Shown: positions 1-13,917 of the stretch, in pieces
Layout: each line of letters opens with the position of its first letter
How positions within the stretch are numbered: position 1 is the first letter of the stretch
NCBI RefSeq assembly: GCF_009914755.1
Contig: NC_060926.1
Direction: 5' to 3' (one strand)
DNA: 64,000 bases
From: the human T2T-CHM13v2.0 reference genome, Homo sapiens
Translations under genes and position numbers: made by a program
The notes under the pieces: generated by a model
What the model was told of the DNA's origin: nothing
What the model saw: the letters and a program-made list of their open reading frames with translations, nothing else
Databases searched by the model: none

Positions 1-384
1 GGGGGGATGTGGATGAGGAAGCCCCTTAGCTGGCCGAATTAAGGGGCTCTCGCTGTAATGGACTGGTTTTGCTCTTTCTTTGGTGTTGTCTTAAAATAGA
101 AAGGAAGCGTGCGTCTGTGGTTTCTATAGAAATGCGTCTGAGGCACAGGGGACACTTCCCTGCTTCTCAGAGTGCCCGAGCACCATGAAGCCTGGGAGCA
201 CAGCCTGAGAGCCGCGCACTGTCCGAGGCTGGCCTCCTCCCCGCAGCTGTTAGGGGTGCGTCTGTAGTTTGCCTGTCCCCCATCTCTCCTTCGGCTTCTT
301 CTGCTGATCTCACCTCCTCTGTCCTGGCTTGCATCACTTCTCAGCTTCCCCGACTGCGTGGCCCACCTCACCCCACAGTGAGCC

Positions 385-870
385 AATTGTTCATTGTTTC
401 CACTTCAGAGATGAGGAAGCCGAGGCCCCAGGGGTAGTGGTGACACCTCAGGGCTGTACTTCTGTGCCAGCCCTCCCTGGCCTTCCAGGACCCCACTCTT
501 GTCAGGACATGGTTATCACTTAACTTTCCAGTTTACTCCGTAAAATGCACAGGGCTGACCTCAGGCCAAAGGAGACACGCAGGAGAATGCCAGCAGGTCC
601 CTGCGGTGCTCCATAAAGTGCCCCTGCTTTGCTTTTCTTTTAGGCTGAGGCCAGGCTCAATGCAGGGTGCTGGGGTGGAGGTGCAGGCTCCCTCTCTCTA
701 GCTGTGTCACCCCAGGAGAGTTGCTGAACCTCTTGGAGCCCTGCAGTTAAGAGCCAGCCTCCAGAGCCAGACGGCCAGGTTGAGCACTTATCCTTGCACC
801 TGCAACCTTGGGTAAGCTGCCTGACCTCTTCCCAAAAACTCCCCTACCTGTCTGTGGAATGGAGCCAAGC
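385..870. mobile_element. Degraded MIR fragments in both orientations
   Basis: MIR-core-like strings cagagatgaggaagccgaggc, gctgtgtcaccccaggagagttgctgaacctc and accttgggtaagctgcctgacctc. Confidence 0.45.
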
Positions 871-1789
871 TGTGCGCCCCCACCATGGCCACTGTGAGGG
901 TGGAGTGAGGGCGTGCGTGCGGGCTGCCCTCCTTGGTAGGTGTACCTTGAGTGTTGGCTGTGGTGGCTCTTTCTGCTGCTCAGGGAATCAGGGAATGAAT
1001 CACCAGTCCAAGACACCAGGCACCAGACACATCATCTCTAGTCACTGCTTTCTGCTCCAGGAGCCCATCTCTGGCTTGGTGCTGTGCTGGGTCCTGGAGG
1101 TTTTGGAAAGCTGGTGGTGGGTAAGAAGTGGGTGTGGCCGAGACCACTGCAGGATGGGAAGGAGGGGAAGTAAAGGAAGGAGAAGAAAAAGTGTCAGAGA
1201 CTGACACCCACACAGCCTGAAATATCCACTGTCAAGCTCTTTGCAGGAAAGGGCTTTAGGCTGAGGCTTTGTTGATGAGAATGCTGAAAAGGAAGAGCTG
1301 TGAAACCGAGGAGAGAGCTGGGAGCTGTGTAAGGTGAGCTCGAGGCCTGGCGGGGAGTGGGGTGCCGATGCAGAACAGGCCAGCGCCTGGCCTCTGAGTA
1401 GCCATGTGGGAAATGCTACAAGTTCGAGACTGGGAGTCTCAGCAGCCACTCTGCAGGGGCAGGGACAGGGGACAGAAAGATGGGGGAGTGGGGCCTAGAC
1501 GGAAGTTTTGCCGGGCCTAGGCTGGCCACAAGCACAGTCAAGGTTGCCAAGGAGCTGCTGGGGCTGGCCACTGGGCACCTCCCAGAGGCTGCCACGGGCA
1601 CACAGGGCCTGGGCAGGTGGGGTGTGGCCCAGGCTGGCGGCCAAGCAGAGCTGACCCCTCTCCCACCGGGTGCCCCCTCCCAGCACCTTTGCGGAAGGCC
1701 CATTCTCATTCTTCTCTCATTGACCTACTGCTTCCTCTTTCCCATGGATGTGCTCGACTCTCTGCAGTCCGATCTTGCCCACCACCCCT

Positions 1790-2850
1790 GCTGCTGAAGC
1801 TGACCCAGCCACAGTTACCAATGCCCTGTCCAGCATCCTCCTTCCTCATCCGCCATCTTGACCTCTTGGCAGCACTTGACGCTGTGGACAGCACCCCTTC
1901 CTGAACCTGTCCCCTTTGATCTGTGCCTCTTCTTTCCAGTGGAGCCCCGTCCTGGCCCCTCCTGCCAGACCCTCTTTCTAACCCCTATGTCTACACAAAT
2001 ACCCCCCACCTTCTCTTCCCCTACATCTCTAGCCCCTACATCTACACAAATACCCCCCACCTTCTCTTCCCATCCTGGGCATACTCACCCATGGGGGTTC
2101 ACCCTCTCCAGAACCCCAGCCAACGTCACCTGCCAGCACCTCTTTTAAACTACAGATTCTCTTCTCCAACTACCTGCTGGCTTCCTGGAGAGACGCCTCA
2201 ACTTCAGCGCATGCCAGGAGCAACCGATGACACCCCTCTTTCCGCAAACCTGCTTCCCCTTCTGTATTCCATCTGTTCCTCAAGGAGTCACCACTGTCCT
2301 TAGGTGCCCTGAGCTAACACTCTTCGTCTTCGCTAATACCCTTCGTCTTCCCCAACACTGACTCCCTGCCCCTGAGTTCCCTCCTGAGTCCCTTGGAAGG
2401 TTCTGGGGAGCCTTCAGACTGGCCCTTGGTTGCCTCTCCAGCTCCCGGCAGCACTGTCCATTCCTGTGAGCCTGTGCAGATCTTCTCCCTGCGCACCACG
2501 CTGCTCTGGCCCTGGTCCATTTCTCCCCGAAACTGCCGTAGCTAATCCCTTCCCACCTGCCCATGTCCCTTTTGCTGCCCCTCAGCATGGCATTCTACCT
2601 ACCAGGCAACACACAGACACATACCTGTGCAGAAGGCTCCTGCCCGCCCTTCCAGGCCATCTGACATGTTCACCTCTCCGCAGCTTTCTATGGCCCCATG
2701 TCACCTTTCCACCACCAAATCAATTCCCCCACTGTCTCTTTGCCTACAGGACTTCCAATGTGCCCATGATGGAATATTATTTGTGTGTATGGCCATCCCC
2801 CCTTCCTCCCTGGGCTTTTAGGTCCTTGAAGGCAGGGCTAGGTGCCACTG
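1790..2850 (+). mobile_element. Degraded L2 LINE fragment
   Basis: Pyrimidine-rich L2-like motifs such as cttgacctcttggcagcacttgacgctgtggacagcaccccttcctgaa. Boundaries approximate. Confidence 0.5.
1982..2071. repeat. Short tandem duplication, period 51 bp (two ~39-bp copies)
   Basis: cccctatgtctacacaaataccccccaccttctcttccc at 1982, repeated with 2 substitutions at 2033. Confidence 0.9.
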
Positions 2851-3554
2851 GCCCACAGGTGGGGCTCTCACACGCTAGCTTCCTTGTTGGGTGGGCCACA
2901 AGACAGCACCGGCAGCATTCCTCACTGGATGGTCTTGTACATAAAGCAGCATGGTACCTGAGAGGCTGTGTGGCCTTCCCCAACTCCCGCAGGCCCGGCT
3001 GCACATCGATGGCTGGGGAGAGGACACAGCTGCGGGGCTCTGGCTGAAGGTGTCCAGGGCGTGCAGCCGGCTGAGCCTCAGATGGCCCGTCCTGCTCATG
3101 TTTGCACCCCTAGGGATTCTTCCTCTGCGACTGGGAGAGGTCAGAGGCTCAGCTGGTGCTCTGGGCATAATGGAGTATCATTCACATGTCAGTGCTCTGC
3201 TGGGGGAGGGAGGTTAATCAGAGGAGAGGGAAAGAGGCCATTCAGGCCAACTCCACTATGACACATTTGCTTTTGAGGTTACTGGATCAAATCGGGAAAT
3301 GATTGCTTACATTTTAGAAAAATTTCCTCATAAACCAAGTATGAAGTCAAGCAGGTGCCCGAGGACCCTAAATGGGCAGTCAGCTCTGGAGTGCCCAGGT
3401 CCATCACTGAGAGCAGCTACATCACGTAATAAGCAGCCCACGTTCTCGGAGGCACCAAGCTGTGAATGCTTGCTTCTCACTCATACTATGAGTCACCGGT
3501 AGAAGAGGGCTTGGCTCTACCATCCTCACCTGGGACACCAACAAACACCAGGCT

Positions 3555-3752
3555 GAGTCTAGCCACTACTTGTTTTGGTAAATGAAAGCTTTGCTGGAAC
3601 AGGGTCACACACGCCCATTTGTATATCATCCGCAGCTGTTTTTAGGCCATAACAGAGATATTGAGGCGTTCTGACAGAGATTTTAAGACCCACACAGCCT
3701 GAAATGTTTATTACTGAGCCCATTACAGAAAATGCCTTCTGACTCCTGGTGT
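3555..3752. mobile_element. MER58-like hAT-Charlie MITE
   Basis: tttggtaaatgaaagctttgctggaaca...cacacagcctgaaatgtttattactgagcccattacagaaaa matches the MER58A pattern. Confidence 0.7.
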
Positions 3753-6275
3753 AGAATGTCTCCAGGACCATAGCAGGGGCAGAAATGAAGCAACCAGTGC
3801 AGAGGCTACATGGAAGCCTCTGCTCATGCGCATTTCAGTGGTCGAAGCCAATCTTACAGCCCCGCCCTGTTGAGGGGTGGGCACATGGAGTCCAGCGGGG
3901 CCTTGAGGAGAACCGTCCCCAGGTGCCACTTCCCTGCAACTCAGCAAGTTTGCATTTCTGAGCACAGAAGTTGGGAAGCTTCAAAGGAAGAGACGACACC
4001 TTTCCAAAGTAAGGCTAGTGTGGCTCTGACGGCTATGCTTGCACTGCTGTGTGCAAGCATATACCCACTAATACTGCCCATGAGTGTCCTGCCTCTGGGC
4101 AGGGGCTCTTGCTGGGTCCAGAGTGTGGTCAGATGCAGGCTGACTCGCCGTCCAGCCAGGACCAGCACCTTCATTGGCCCTTGCCAGCTTCTCTGTTCTG
4201 GAGAGCACCATGGCTTACAAATTACCTCCAAATAAGCAACCCTTGGAAATTAGGAACATACCCTTTAAAATCAATGGAAGGGGAAGTGTTTGAAATTCAG
4301 CAGGGAGAACATCAAAAGACAGCATTTCTCAAGTCTCTTCGTGTCTGAGAAGTAAATGAGGAGAGTTCCTTATGGAAGCTTCTGGGCAACTTTAAAATGC
4401 ATCACCACCTGCTATTTGTCTCTATGCAGCTTCCTGTGTTGGCTGGGTCTTATTATCTCTGCCACAGGACAGACAGACAGATGCTTCAAGCAGGAGGAAG
4501 TGCTGGGGAAAAGCTGAAGGAGCTGAAGCAGGACCTTCCTGCCTCAGGCCTGGCAGCCCCCAGACTTACTGCTTATAAGCTGTGCAAACTCCAGCTCCAG
4601 CTCCAGCTCTCAACTGCAGAGTACAAGCTGCCTGCATAGCAGAGCACCTGGGCTTATTTTTAGCATTTTCAGAAAGTTATAAATTTAATTAAATGCCTTA
4701 TAGGGAGGCAAAACAAAGTACCAAGTGAGCCTGGGATGAATAAAAAAAAATTGCATTGTGAGAATCTTATACAAGAAAACTTTCTTCTACAAATCTGGAA
4801 ATAGCTGTACCTCCATGACTTACCAATCCTGGCCTTTAAGTGGGGACAGAGGACACCGTGGCTGCCTGTGACCTGGCGTCCTGATGATTTTTGTCGATTG
4901 CAAAGCTTACCAATCACAGTGCAGGGTGCTGGCAGTGTTTCTTTTGCTGCTATGACGAGCTAGGAACCAGATCCACGGGTTTCTGCCTGTGCCTCCAGGC
5001 CATCCTTGGGCAGAGTCAGGAAAGATCCTTGGGTCTTCTTGGCATTTGGAGAGCATCCGGGAGCTCTGGGTGGGCACTTGCTGGCTAGCAGCACAGAAGA
5101 GTCACTCCCTTGTCCTAGCAGCTGTTGAAGCCACATCCTGCAGGGATCCACAGAGGGTTGTTCATGAATGCCCACCGGTAGGCCCCATGGGACCCACCAG
5201 GAGACTAGCACACAGTCCATGCCTCAGAGGGTGGAAAGGAGGAAGGGCCTCGATCAGTACAGGTAAAGCAGGAGGAAACCAGGCCACTGAGGTCGGTGTC
5301 CTCAGGGCTGTAATGTGAAGACCCATGATGGCCCTGGACGGGAGGACTGTGAGGAGCTAAGAACCTTCTCCACCCAGATCTCCTGACTGCCTCACCCTCC
5401 CTCTGCCAGAGCTCATCTGCCCTCCCGCTCCAGGCTAAACCACCTACCTCCCCACAGGCATTATCTGGATGCAGTGTGGGTTTGGGAGGCGAGAAAAACG
5501 GGGTCCCACACGCGCTCACGCCCAGGCCGGGTTCGCTCTCAGGACCTCGTCCTCCCATTCGCTGTCCCCTCTACCAGCCCGTGAGCTTCGCTGCGGCAAG
5601 AGAGTGCTTTCCCTCTCTGTACAGGCAGTGCCCCGCACTGGCACTCTCAGACAGAAGGATGGATAGACGGACACACTGAATTAGAGCTGAACAAAAGGAT
5701 TTTTCAAAGTCCACCCCTCCTGCAGCCACCGCCTGTAAAGGAGGCACTTTCTGTTTGAAGGCAGAATGGATGCACAGTTGGATGTGGATGAATATTGTGC
5801 CTTTTATGCAAAGCTGGATGGAGAAGCCTCTGGCCTGATGGGTGCGCACAGGGAGGGGGGTCCAGGGCCTTCCTACCATCAGAGGCAACAGGCGAGTGAG
5901 AGCTGTGAGGAAGGCCATGAGCGGAGGCCATCCACGGCTCTTCCTGATAGAAGAAAGGCTCCAGGGCAAGATAGGTTGCTTCTTAGCTGAGGCTTGGGAA
6001 GCCCCGGGTAGGCGAGAAAGGGGTCCTATAACTTCCTTAACAGACCTCCCCTTTCCTTGTTGACGTTTTGAGATTTTCATTCACCAAACTGGAGTCGGGT
6101 TGTGGATGTTCTCCTCCCATATTCCACTGTTTTGATCCATTCGCCTTAGTAATATTGTGGGAATTCCTTGTTAAGCTTTTGATCACAACTTTCACTTTTT
6201 GGTTCCAGTTATTGGCCCAGTAAGACAAAGGCAGAAAGGGGAAGAGGTTCATCTTCTCATCATAGACACCTAGAG

Positions 6276-6476
6276 CAGGGGCAGCAAACGTTCTAAAGGA
6301 AGCAGCCAGATAGTAAATAATCTAGACTTTGCAGCCAGGTAGTATCTGCCGCAGTGACTCAGCTCCACCCTGCAGTATCAGAGCAGCTGGAGACAGCAGT
6401 GGATGGTGGGCATGGCTGGCTGCCAATAAAACTTTATTCACAAAAGCAGAACACTGGGCCAGATCCAACCTGTGGG
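6276..6476. mobile_element. MER58A-like MITE, opposite orientation to the 3555 copy
   Basis: caggggcagcaaac...ccagatagtaaata...ccaataaaactttattcacaaaagcag. Confidence 0.75.
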
Positions 6477-9400
6477 TGAGAATTAAATATCCAGCAGCAA
6501 ATTTGGAACTCCTACGGGGGCAGGTGGCTTGTGGGCAGCAGTGGAGGGGAGTTTTGGCCTCCATCTTCAGTGGTGAGCAAGCAGTTCCCCTCACCAGCTG
6601 AGAGTGCTGAAGTTATGTGGGCAGAAGGCGTGGCTGCTGCCTCTCCCAGGACAGACTCCCTCACTGGGGCTCCCCGGCCACTGCCCTCCCCGAGAGGGAG
6701 ATCGAGAGGCACGCGGGGCCTCTGGCTACACAAGCTGCTTGCTCCTCTTTGCAGAACCAAGCAGAAGAATCAGGCCATAAATGTTTTATTCTAGAGTTTT
6801 CTTTGGGAAGCAAGTTCATGAGGGTCTGATTTACACCCCGTGTAATGGAGTGGTGGCGAGTGATGAATAATGCATGCCCATTTCACTGCTCCTTGGGGTG
6901 ATGACAGTGTTTTCTGGACTTACATTAAACATTTAAATGAGGAGATGTTTCTTCTTGGGGTCTTCATCTGTTCCATAGTGTCAAAGAAAGAGACTCGGAG
7001 CCCCTGTACAGCCTGCCAACGCCCAGACCCTCTTTTTTCCCTTTTAGTAATCCCAGCAGGGAACTAATACGGCCTGGTTCCCAGCCACTGCTTAGGGGCC
7101 CCATTAAAATGCAGCGGAGGAGGCTCTAGTGTCTGGTTACAACCTGGCGGTTTAGAATCGGGGAACCGCGGCCACAGCACTGCAGCCATTGCTGACACCA
7201 GGCTTCCAACCGGGGGAGGCTGGAATTTGATGAAACACATCGCCGTCACAGATGACAGCCCAATCTTTACTGACTAGCAGCTCCAGCGCTGTGTGCCATT
7301 CACCTGTGAGCTCTGTGACAGGGAGAGAGATGCAGGAGCAATGGAGCTTGCCTGGATCCAGGGCACTGCACAGTCAGACTGAGCTCCAGCCCTGACCTCG
7401 GTGCGGAGGGCCCCTGCAGCTCCGTGCACCCAGGGGGCAGCATCAGCGTGCACGCTGTCACTTTACTGTTTGCTTGTGCTAAGTTCCATCAGACAGGCCA
7501 TCCTCTCCTACCTGTAGCCCTGCCAGCCGACCTTGCACTACTGGGCTCATGTGAAATGCTCACAGGCTGTGTTGTTGAGCATCCTGCCCGAGGGAGGGAT
7601 TGCTGGAGTTGTTCTGTAGGGTCAGTGACTCAGAGAACTGGGCCACTGCATGTCGGCCAGCTCCTTCGGAACATGTGTGTCCACTTGCCTAGGCCAAATC
7701 CTGGCAGGTATCCATTATGGAGCCTTTTAAAAAGACCGTGGTGCAAACGTACTTTATTATAGTCAGAGCCCTTTCCTGGGCATGGGCTGCTAGGCGCGAC
7801 TTCGTGGGAGACAGGGCTGCACTTGGCTTTGAAGTCGGAGCAGAGATTTCCTTGGATGATCTTGGAGATAGGATGAACATCTGTCTGAGGGCTGTGTCCC
7901 CAGTTATTTTTACTCAAAGGCACCTGGAGCTCTTTCTCTTTTCTTGTTTTATCACTGGCTGACTCCCTCACTCCTGCCAAGTCTTTACTAATCCCTTAAG
8001 GCCTAGAATCATTTAAAATTAAGCCATTAAAAATCAAAGCAGCATCAGAGAGGTGGCTCGTGGTTAGGAGGAAGCCAGGCCTGCATCCAGGGCCAAGCAC
8101 CATGGTTGGAGCTGGAGGCAAGGAGCCCTCAAGTCCCTGGTGTCACAGTCAGCAACTCTCAACCTCGTTATGAATACTTCAGGGGAGAGGCGCCATTGGT
8201 TGGGGGCTGAAAGTACATCCAGGCAGTGCGCAGCTCAGGCTTTGCAGGATGCTGGCTGTGTGGAAGTCTGTGCCTTTACTCAGGAGTTCCCAATTACAGT
8301 CATTTAAAGGAGAGGCCCCTTTCCCTGCAGTTAGTTCCTGCCAGGGTTAGCAGTGGCTGCTCATCTCTGCCCCTCAGCAGGCCTCGTGTTCTTGGGAGTC
8401 ACATTCTGTACAGCTGGGCCTGTGGCCCCCAGTAGCGTGCTGCTGAGCCTGTCAGTGGGAGGACCCCTGACCCCCTCCCACCTTGGCCACCAGCAAATTG
8501 CTGCTCGTTTGCATCCGTAGCAACAGAGACCAGATTCAGAGGATGGACTGACCCCATCAGCATCGGGAAGCCACGACCAGTGTGCCACTCACTTCTTTGT
8601 ACTTTTAGTTTTCATATCCCTGAGGGCAGAGCCCAGCCCAGCGTTGCCTCCTACACAGCAGGATGTCCCTCGCACCCCTCGCCCTGGGTACCACACCACA
8701 CACCCATGCTAGGAAGGCCGGCCACACGGGAGCCACGCTCAGCCATGTCAGTTTTAGGCATTCTTCATCTTGACCTTTGGGAAAAAGCATTTCCACACAT
8801 CTGACCTCTCTCTGCTCTTCATTCCAGCTCTAAGTAATAGCTTACTGTTAAATCCCACATATTTGCTTGGAGCTTTTGCCATATCAAGTGTCAGCTGAAG
8901 GCCAGGATTCCAGTGAAGCCGCCAGAATGTCTCCCTCCTGCTGTCTTTAGGGACAGCCTGTGTCAGGGTGGCCAAGGCCCCAGACCCCTGAATGGGCCCT
9001 GTGGCAGCTCCCACTGTCCACACCTCAGGTTCCTTGGCTGAGCCCTCCCGAGCCTCCTGACACCGAGCCCTGTGGGTTGCTTTACGTTGGACTCACGCAG
9101 GGCAGTCGGTGGATGCCGGCACAGATGGGATGGTGAGCCTTCGGCCGCCGTGGTCCACGATGCGTGTGCTCCGCACAGTGTGCACTCTCAGCCTAGCCTT
9201 CAGCCTCTGCCCAGCAGACAAAACACAGTCTCCTTGGTCTCTCCTGGCCAAACACATTGCCCCCCTTTCATTGGAGTATGGCTTGAGCAGCTCCAGGACA
9301 TTGGGAGGTGGAGATCTAAGTGCCGGGGCAGGCTTCAGGCAGGCCACCCTCCCAGTGTGGCCCCAGCGTGGCTCTGGCTGTGCTGTGCTTGTGCTATGCT

Positions 9401-10048
9401 GGTTTGGGACAGCTTGGCTGTTTCTGGAGCATTTATCTGAACAGGACAGCAGGCATGGTAACAACAGCAGGACCAGTGCGTGCCTATCATCTTAGGTTCC
9501 CACTCTTCCCGCTGCTGCAGAGCAGAGTGCCAGTGCCTGGGAGCACAGAACTGCCAGCCCAGCCCCTGCTGGTGCTGCAGGGTCACCCCTGCCCTTTGTC
9601 AGCTCCCAGGATCCCCTGACAAAGATGGCACATGGGGGATCGAGAAAGATACGGGCTTACCGTCAGCCAGACCTCAAGTGTTAACTCTGTTATTCTTCTC
9701 ATACCACTGTGGAAATGTTTCAGGAAACCATTGTCACTTGATATTAAAGTGTAGATTAAAAAATAATAAAATTATCCCAAAAGGCAACTCCCCAAAGGAG
9801 CAAAGTTATGGTTTGGTATGTAAGTTTCCTGACTTTTTGCCATGAAAATACACGTATCACTGTCAGAAATTAGATAAGCCTTCATATGCAATGCTGTCAC
9901 CTCCATTTCCACTCTGCATACCCTACATGGCCCTCCAGGCCTGTCCATGGAGACCACGGCACAGGCGGCAGTGGGGCATTCTGTGTCCTTGTCAGCCTGC
10001 CAGCCCCACACCCTGGAACTTCAGGAGTGCAGGTTTTTCGTATCATAA

Positions 10049-10420
<372 letters not shown>

Positions 10421-10473
10421 TAGGATTCATTCTTAACAGGAAACTGCCGGGGCTACAGGCTTTTTTTCCTGCC

Positions 10474-10560
10474 CTGTCTCTGTCTGTCTGTCTCTTTCTA
10501 TCTCTGTCTGTCTACCTCTGTCTCTCTCTGTGTCTCTGTGTCTTCCTGTCTGTCTCTCCC
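10474..10560. repeat. Degenerate (TC/TCTG)n simple repeat
   Basis: Runs of ctgtctctgtctgtctgtctctttc. Confidence 0.8.
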
Positions 10561-11864
10561 GCTCTAGAATGGAGAACAGCTTTGTCTACAAGCCCAAATC
10601 ACCAGGACCTGGGGCTGTATGAGAACGTCTCTGGCCCCCACATTCCCCTCCCTATTCTGTGCTCTGGGGCAGCACGCCTGCCCCCACCAGCCCTCCACAC
10701 AGCATAGACATGTCATGAGGGCCATGCCTTGTAGGACCTGAGTTTGCAGACTTCTCTGTTACTAACTATGGCAGAATGGGACAGAAACCAGGGGACTGTG
10801 GGTCCACTGGCCCAAGCCAGGAGTGAGGGCTTTCCTTGCAGGGAGCACACTGGGGTCTTCCGCATCCCATGAGTGGGATCAAGAGGTGTAACTCCCCACC
10901 AGTGGTCCAGCAGGGGCAGTCACCTGCCCCAGGAAGCGCCTGTGCATGTCAGCATTCCCAAGACCAGTGGGTCCTTCTAGGTCCTTGGCTTCCTTGGCCA
11001 TTCCACAGCATGCAGCTCAATGGACAATGACATTCCCTCTGAAGCACCATCTCCCCTGGGCTATGGGTCTCCTTCTGTTTATTGGGCTGCCCCATCTTGG
11101 CCTCCTTCAGGGCCCTCTTCTGGGTGGTGTCCCGCAGATGGGGCCAGGGCATGCTCCCTCCTCACTGTCTCCCAGGCCACTGCACCGTCTACCCTGTTGG
11201 CTTCAGGACAACGATCACGAGCCTTTGTTGAGGGCCTATTCTGTGTACTTAGAGTGACTGCTTTATAGCCTGTGGGTTGTCTGACTTCATACTCCAGCTG
11301 TCTAGACCATGCAAGCTGCCACAACCCCATCTTCTCATGTCTTGGGGACTCTGTCCTCCACTGCTTGATTTCTATAGTCTTGGGAGCTATTGATTCAGGT
11401 TTCATCTGGTTTTTCAGTTTTTTCAGGCAGGAGGGTAAACCTGGCCCCTGTTACCATCATGGTCAGAGCAGAAGTTCATGACCCTCAATGGACACGAGGA
11501 GAAATCAGAGGCTCACAGACGCCATCTTGGCTACGGTCACAAACACAGGTCACACACCTGGGAGCTAAGGGCTTTGCCACAAGACTGCATTGCCTCATAG
11601 ATCAGCTATACATACATGACCCCAGATCTGCTGCCCAGGCCAGTCCCTTCTGAGCTCCTGATTGGCATTACCAGCACCCTCATCATCCACACTGAGACAT
11701 CTCCAGGCACACCAAACACTGCGTGTCCAGCACTGAGCCCATGGCCTCTGTGGTCTCTTGTTCCTGTCTCTCCAGCAGCATTTCCATCTGGCCAAGGCTA
11801 GAAACTCGGCCCATGCTCCTCCCTCAACGTCCTTCAGACCTAATCTTGTTGGTGGAGAAGGGAC

Positions 11865-12285
11865 TGATGGCCCCCACACATGTCCAAGTGCTGATCCCAG
11901 AACCTGAGAATGTGTCACCTCATGTGGCAAACGGGAAAAGACCCTGAGATGGAGATGCTCCTGGATCACCTGGGCCACCGCAGCCACAAAGGCCCTCCCG
12001 AGAGGGAAGCAGAGGCCAGAGTCAGGGAAGGGGATGGCGTGGTGGAAGCAGAGGCTAGAGAGAGGAAGACGTGGCACTGCTTGCCTTAAAGTGGAGGGGA
12101 CCAAGGAACGTGGGCAGCCTCTAGAAGCTGCAAAGGCAGGGAATTGGAGTCTCCTCCAGACTCCCAGAGGGAACACAGCCCTGCCACACCTTGATTTTAG
12201 AACTTCTGACTTCAACACCTTCTGAGTGATTGTAAGCCCCTGAGTCTGTGGCTGTTTGTTTCAGCAGCTGTGAGGAACTAACACC
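11865..12285 (+). mobile_element. MLT1-type MaLR LTR
   Basis: cagcctctagaagctgcaaaggcaggg, gggaacacagccctgccacaccttgattttag and the end tttgtttcagcagc..ggaactaaca. Confidence 0.75.
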
Positions 12286-12801
12286 ACGGTGTGGTGGCTA
12301 AGCACGTGGGCTGAGTTCAAAATAATAAGCAGGCTGCCTGAGTTCAAAATACCCATCTGCAGGCTTGCGAAGGTTGAAAGCATTGTTCCAGGGGGAGTGC
12401 TCAGAGCTGGGCCCAGCCATGGTAGACTCTGCACAGGGCGAGTGCTACCATCACGGGTGCTACAGTCGCGGCTGCTATTCCTACTAACAGCCCCCTGAGC
12501 GTGTCCAGACCCCCTCCTGACTCCCTTGCCCTCTGCCGGTGCAGGCTGGGCTCCCTCGCACTTCCTGATGGGTTCCCTGCAAAGCTGCAGGTCCTGGCTG
12601 TGGCTGCCTTCTCCCTGCCTGTCCTCCAGGGACGCCGTGCCCTCAGACTGAAGACCAGAACACTCTCAGGAGGCCCCACGCAGCCTGTCCTCATCCCGTG
12701 GGGATACTGCCCCCTTTGCCTCCAAACCGTCACTTCATCTGGCCTCCCACCTTAGCCAGCCTGGGCTCCTCTAGGCCCACCACCCACCCTCACCACCTCC
12801 C

Positions 12802-13175
12802 TGCTGTGGCTTGAATGTCCCCTCTGAAATTCATGTTGAAATTTAATCCCCCAGGCGCAGCACTGAGAGGTGGGGCCTTTAAAAGGCAATTAGGTCACAA
12901 GGGCAAGGCTGAATAATCACTCATGGATTCCTGGATTCATGGGAGCAGGGCTGGTGGCTTTCTAAGAAGCAGCAGCAGGACCTGAGCCAGCATGCTCAGC
13001 CCCCTCGTCATGCGATGCTCTGCAGAGTCCCCACCAGCAAGAAGGCTGTCACCAGAAGTGGCCATGCAGCATCGCACTTCTCAGTCTCCAGAACTATAAG
13101 AAATAAATTCCTTTTTGTTATAAATTACCCAGTTTTAGGTATTCTGTCGTAAGCAACACTAAACAGACTAAGACA
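12802..13175 (+). mobile_element. MST-type MaLR solo LTR
   Basis: Starts tgctgtggcttgaatgtcccc and ends aataaattcc...ataaattacccagt...aacagactaagaca. Confidence 0.8.
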
Positions 13176-13306
13176 TTCCCTAACAAGACTGCCTCATGCC
13201 TTTCGAAGCCCTCCCAGCCACGCCCAGCCCAGGTTGGGTACCTGTGTAAGGGGCCTGTGCACGCTGAACTTCCTAGGGCTGCTGCATGCTTAGAATTACA
13301 TGTCCA

Positions 13307-13917
13307 GGCTGGGTGCAGTGGCTCATGCCTGTAATCCCAGCACTTTGGGAGGCTGAGGAGGGCAGATCACCTGAGGTCAGGAGTTCAAGACTAGCCTGGC
13401 CAACATGGCGAAACCCCCCCGTTTCTACTAAAAATACAAAATATCTCGGCTCACTGCAACTTCCGCCTCCTGGGTTCAAGCAATTTTCCTGCCTCAGCCT
13501 CCCCAGTAGCTGGGATTACAGGCGTGCGCCATCATGCCTGGCTAATTTTTGTATTTTTAGTAGAGACGGGGTTTCACCATATTGACCAGGCTGGTCTCAA
13601 ACTCCTGACCACATGATCTGCCCGCCTCAGCCTCCCAAAATGCTGGGATTACAGGTGTGAGCCACTGCACTGGATATTGTGCCACTGTACTCCAGCCTGG
13701 GTGACAGAGCAAGACTCTGTCTCAATACAACAACAACAACGAACAAAATATTAGCCGGGGGTGGTATTGTGCAACTGTAATCCCGGCTACTCAGGAGGCT
13801 AAGTCGGGAGAATCGCCTGAGCCCAGAAGCAGAGGTTGCAGTGAGCTGAGATCGCGCCACTGCATTCCAGCCTGGGCGACAGAGTGAGACTTCATCTCAA
13901 AAAAAAAAAAAAAAAAA
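13307..13917 (+). mobile_element. Host AluS (left arm 13307-13443, right arm 13751-13917) interrupted by a nested Alu
   Basis: 15-bp TSD agaattacatgtcca (13292-13306) / agaattgtatgtcca (13918-13932) brackets the whole composite. Confidence 0.9.
13444..13742. mobile_element. Nested Alu with inverted 5' portion (13444-~13673 minus; ~13676-13742 plus with a CAA-rich tail)
   Basis: The reverse-complement Alu piece runs from the Alu 5' end to ...GCCGAGA and the plus-strand piece resumes at ATTGTGCCACTG. Flanking acaaaata repeats at 13436 and 13743. Confidence 0.85.

Noticed and set aside
5490-5600. CpG-enriched patch as a possible internal promoter
   Set aside because: It is too short for a CpG island and has no other promoter evidence.
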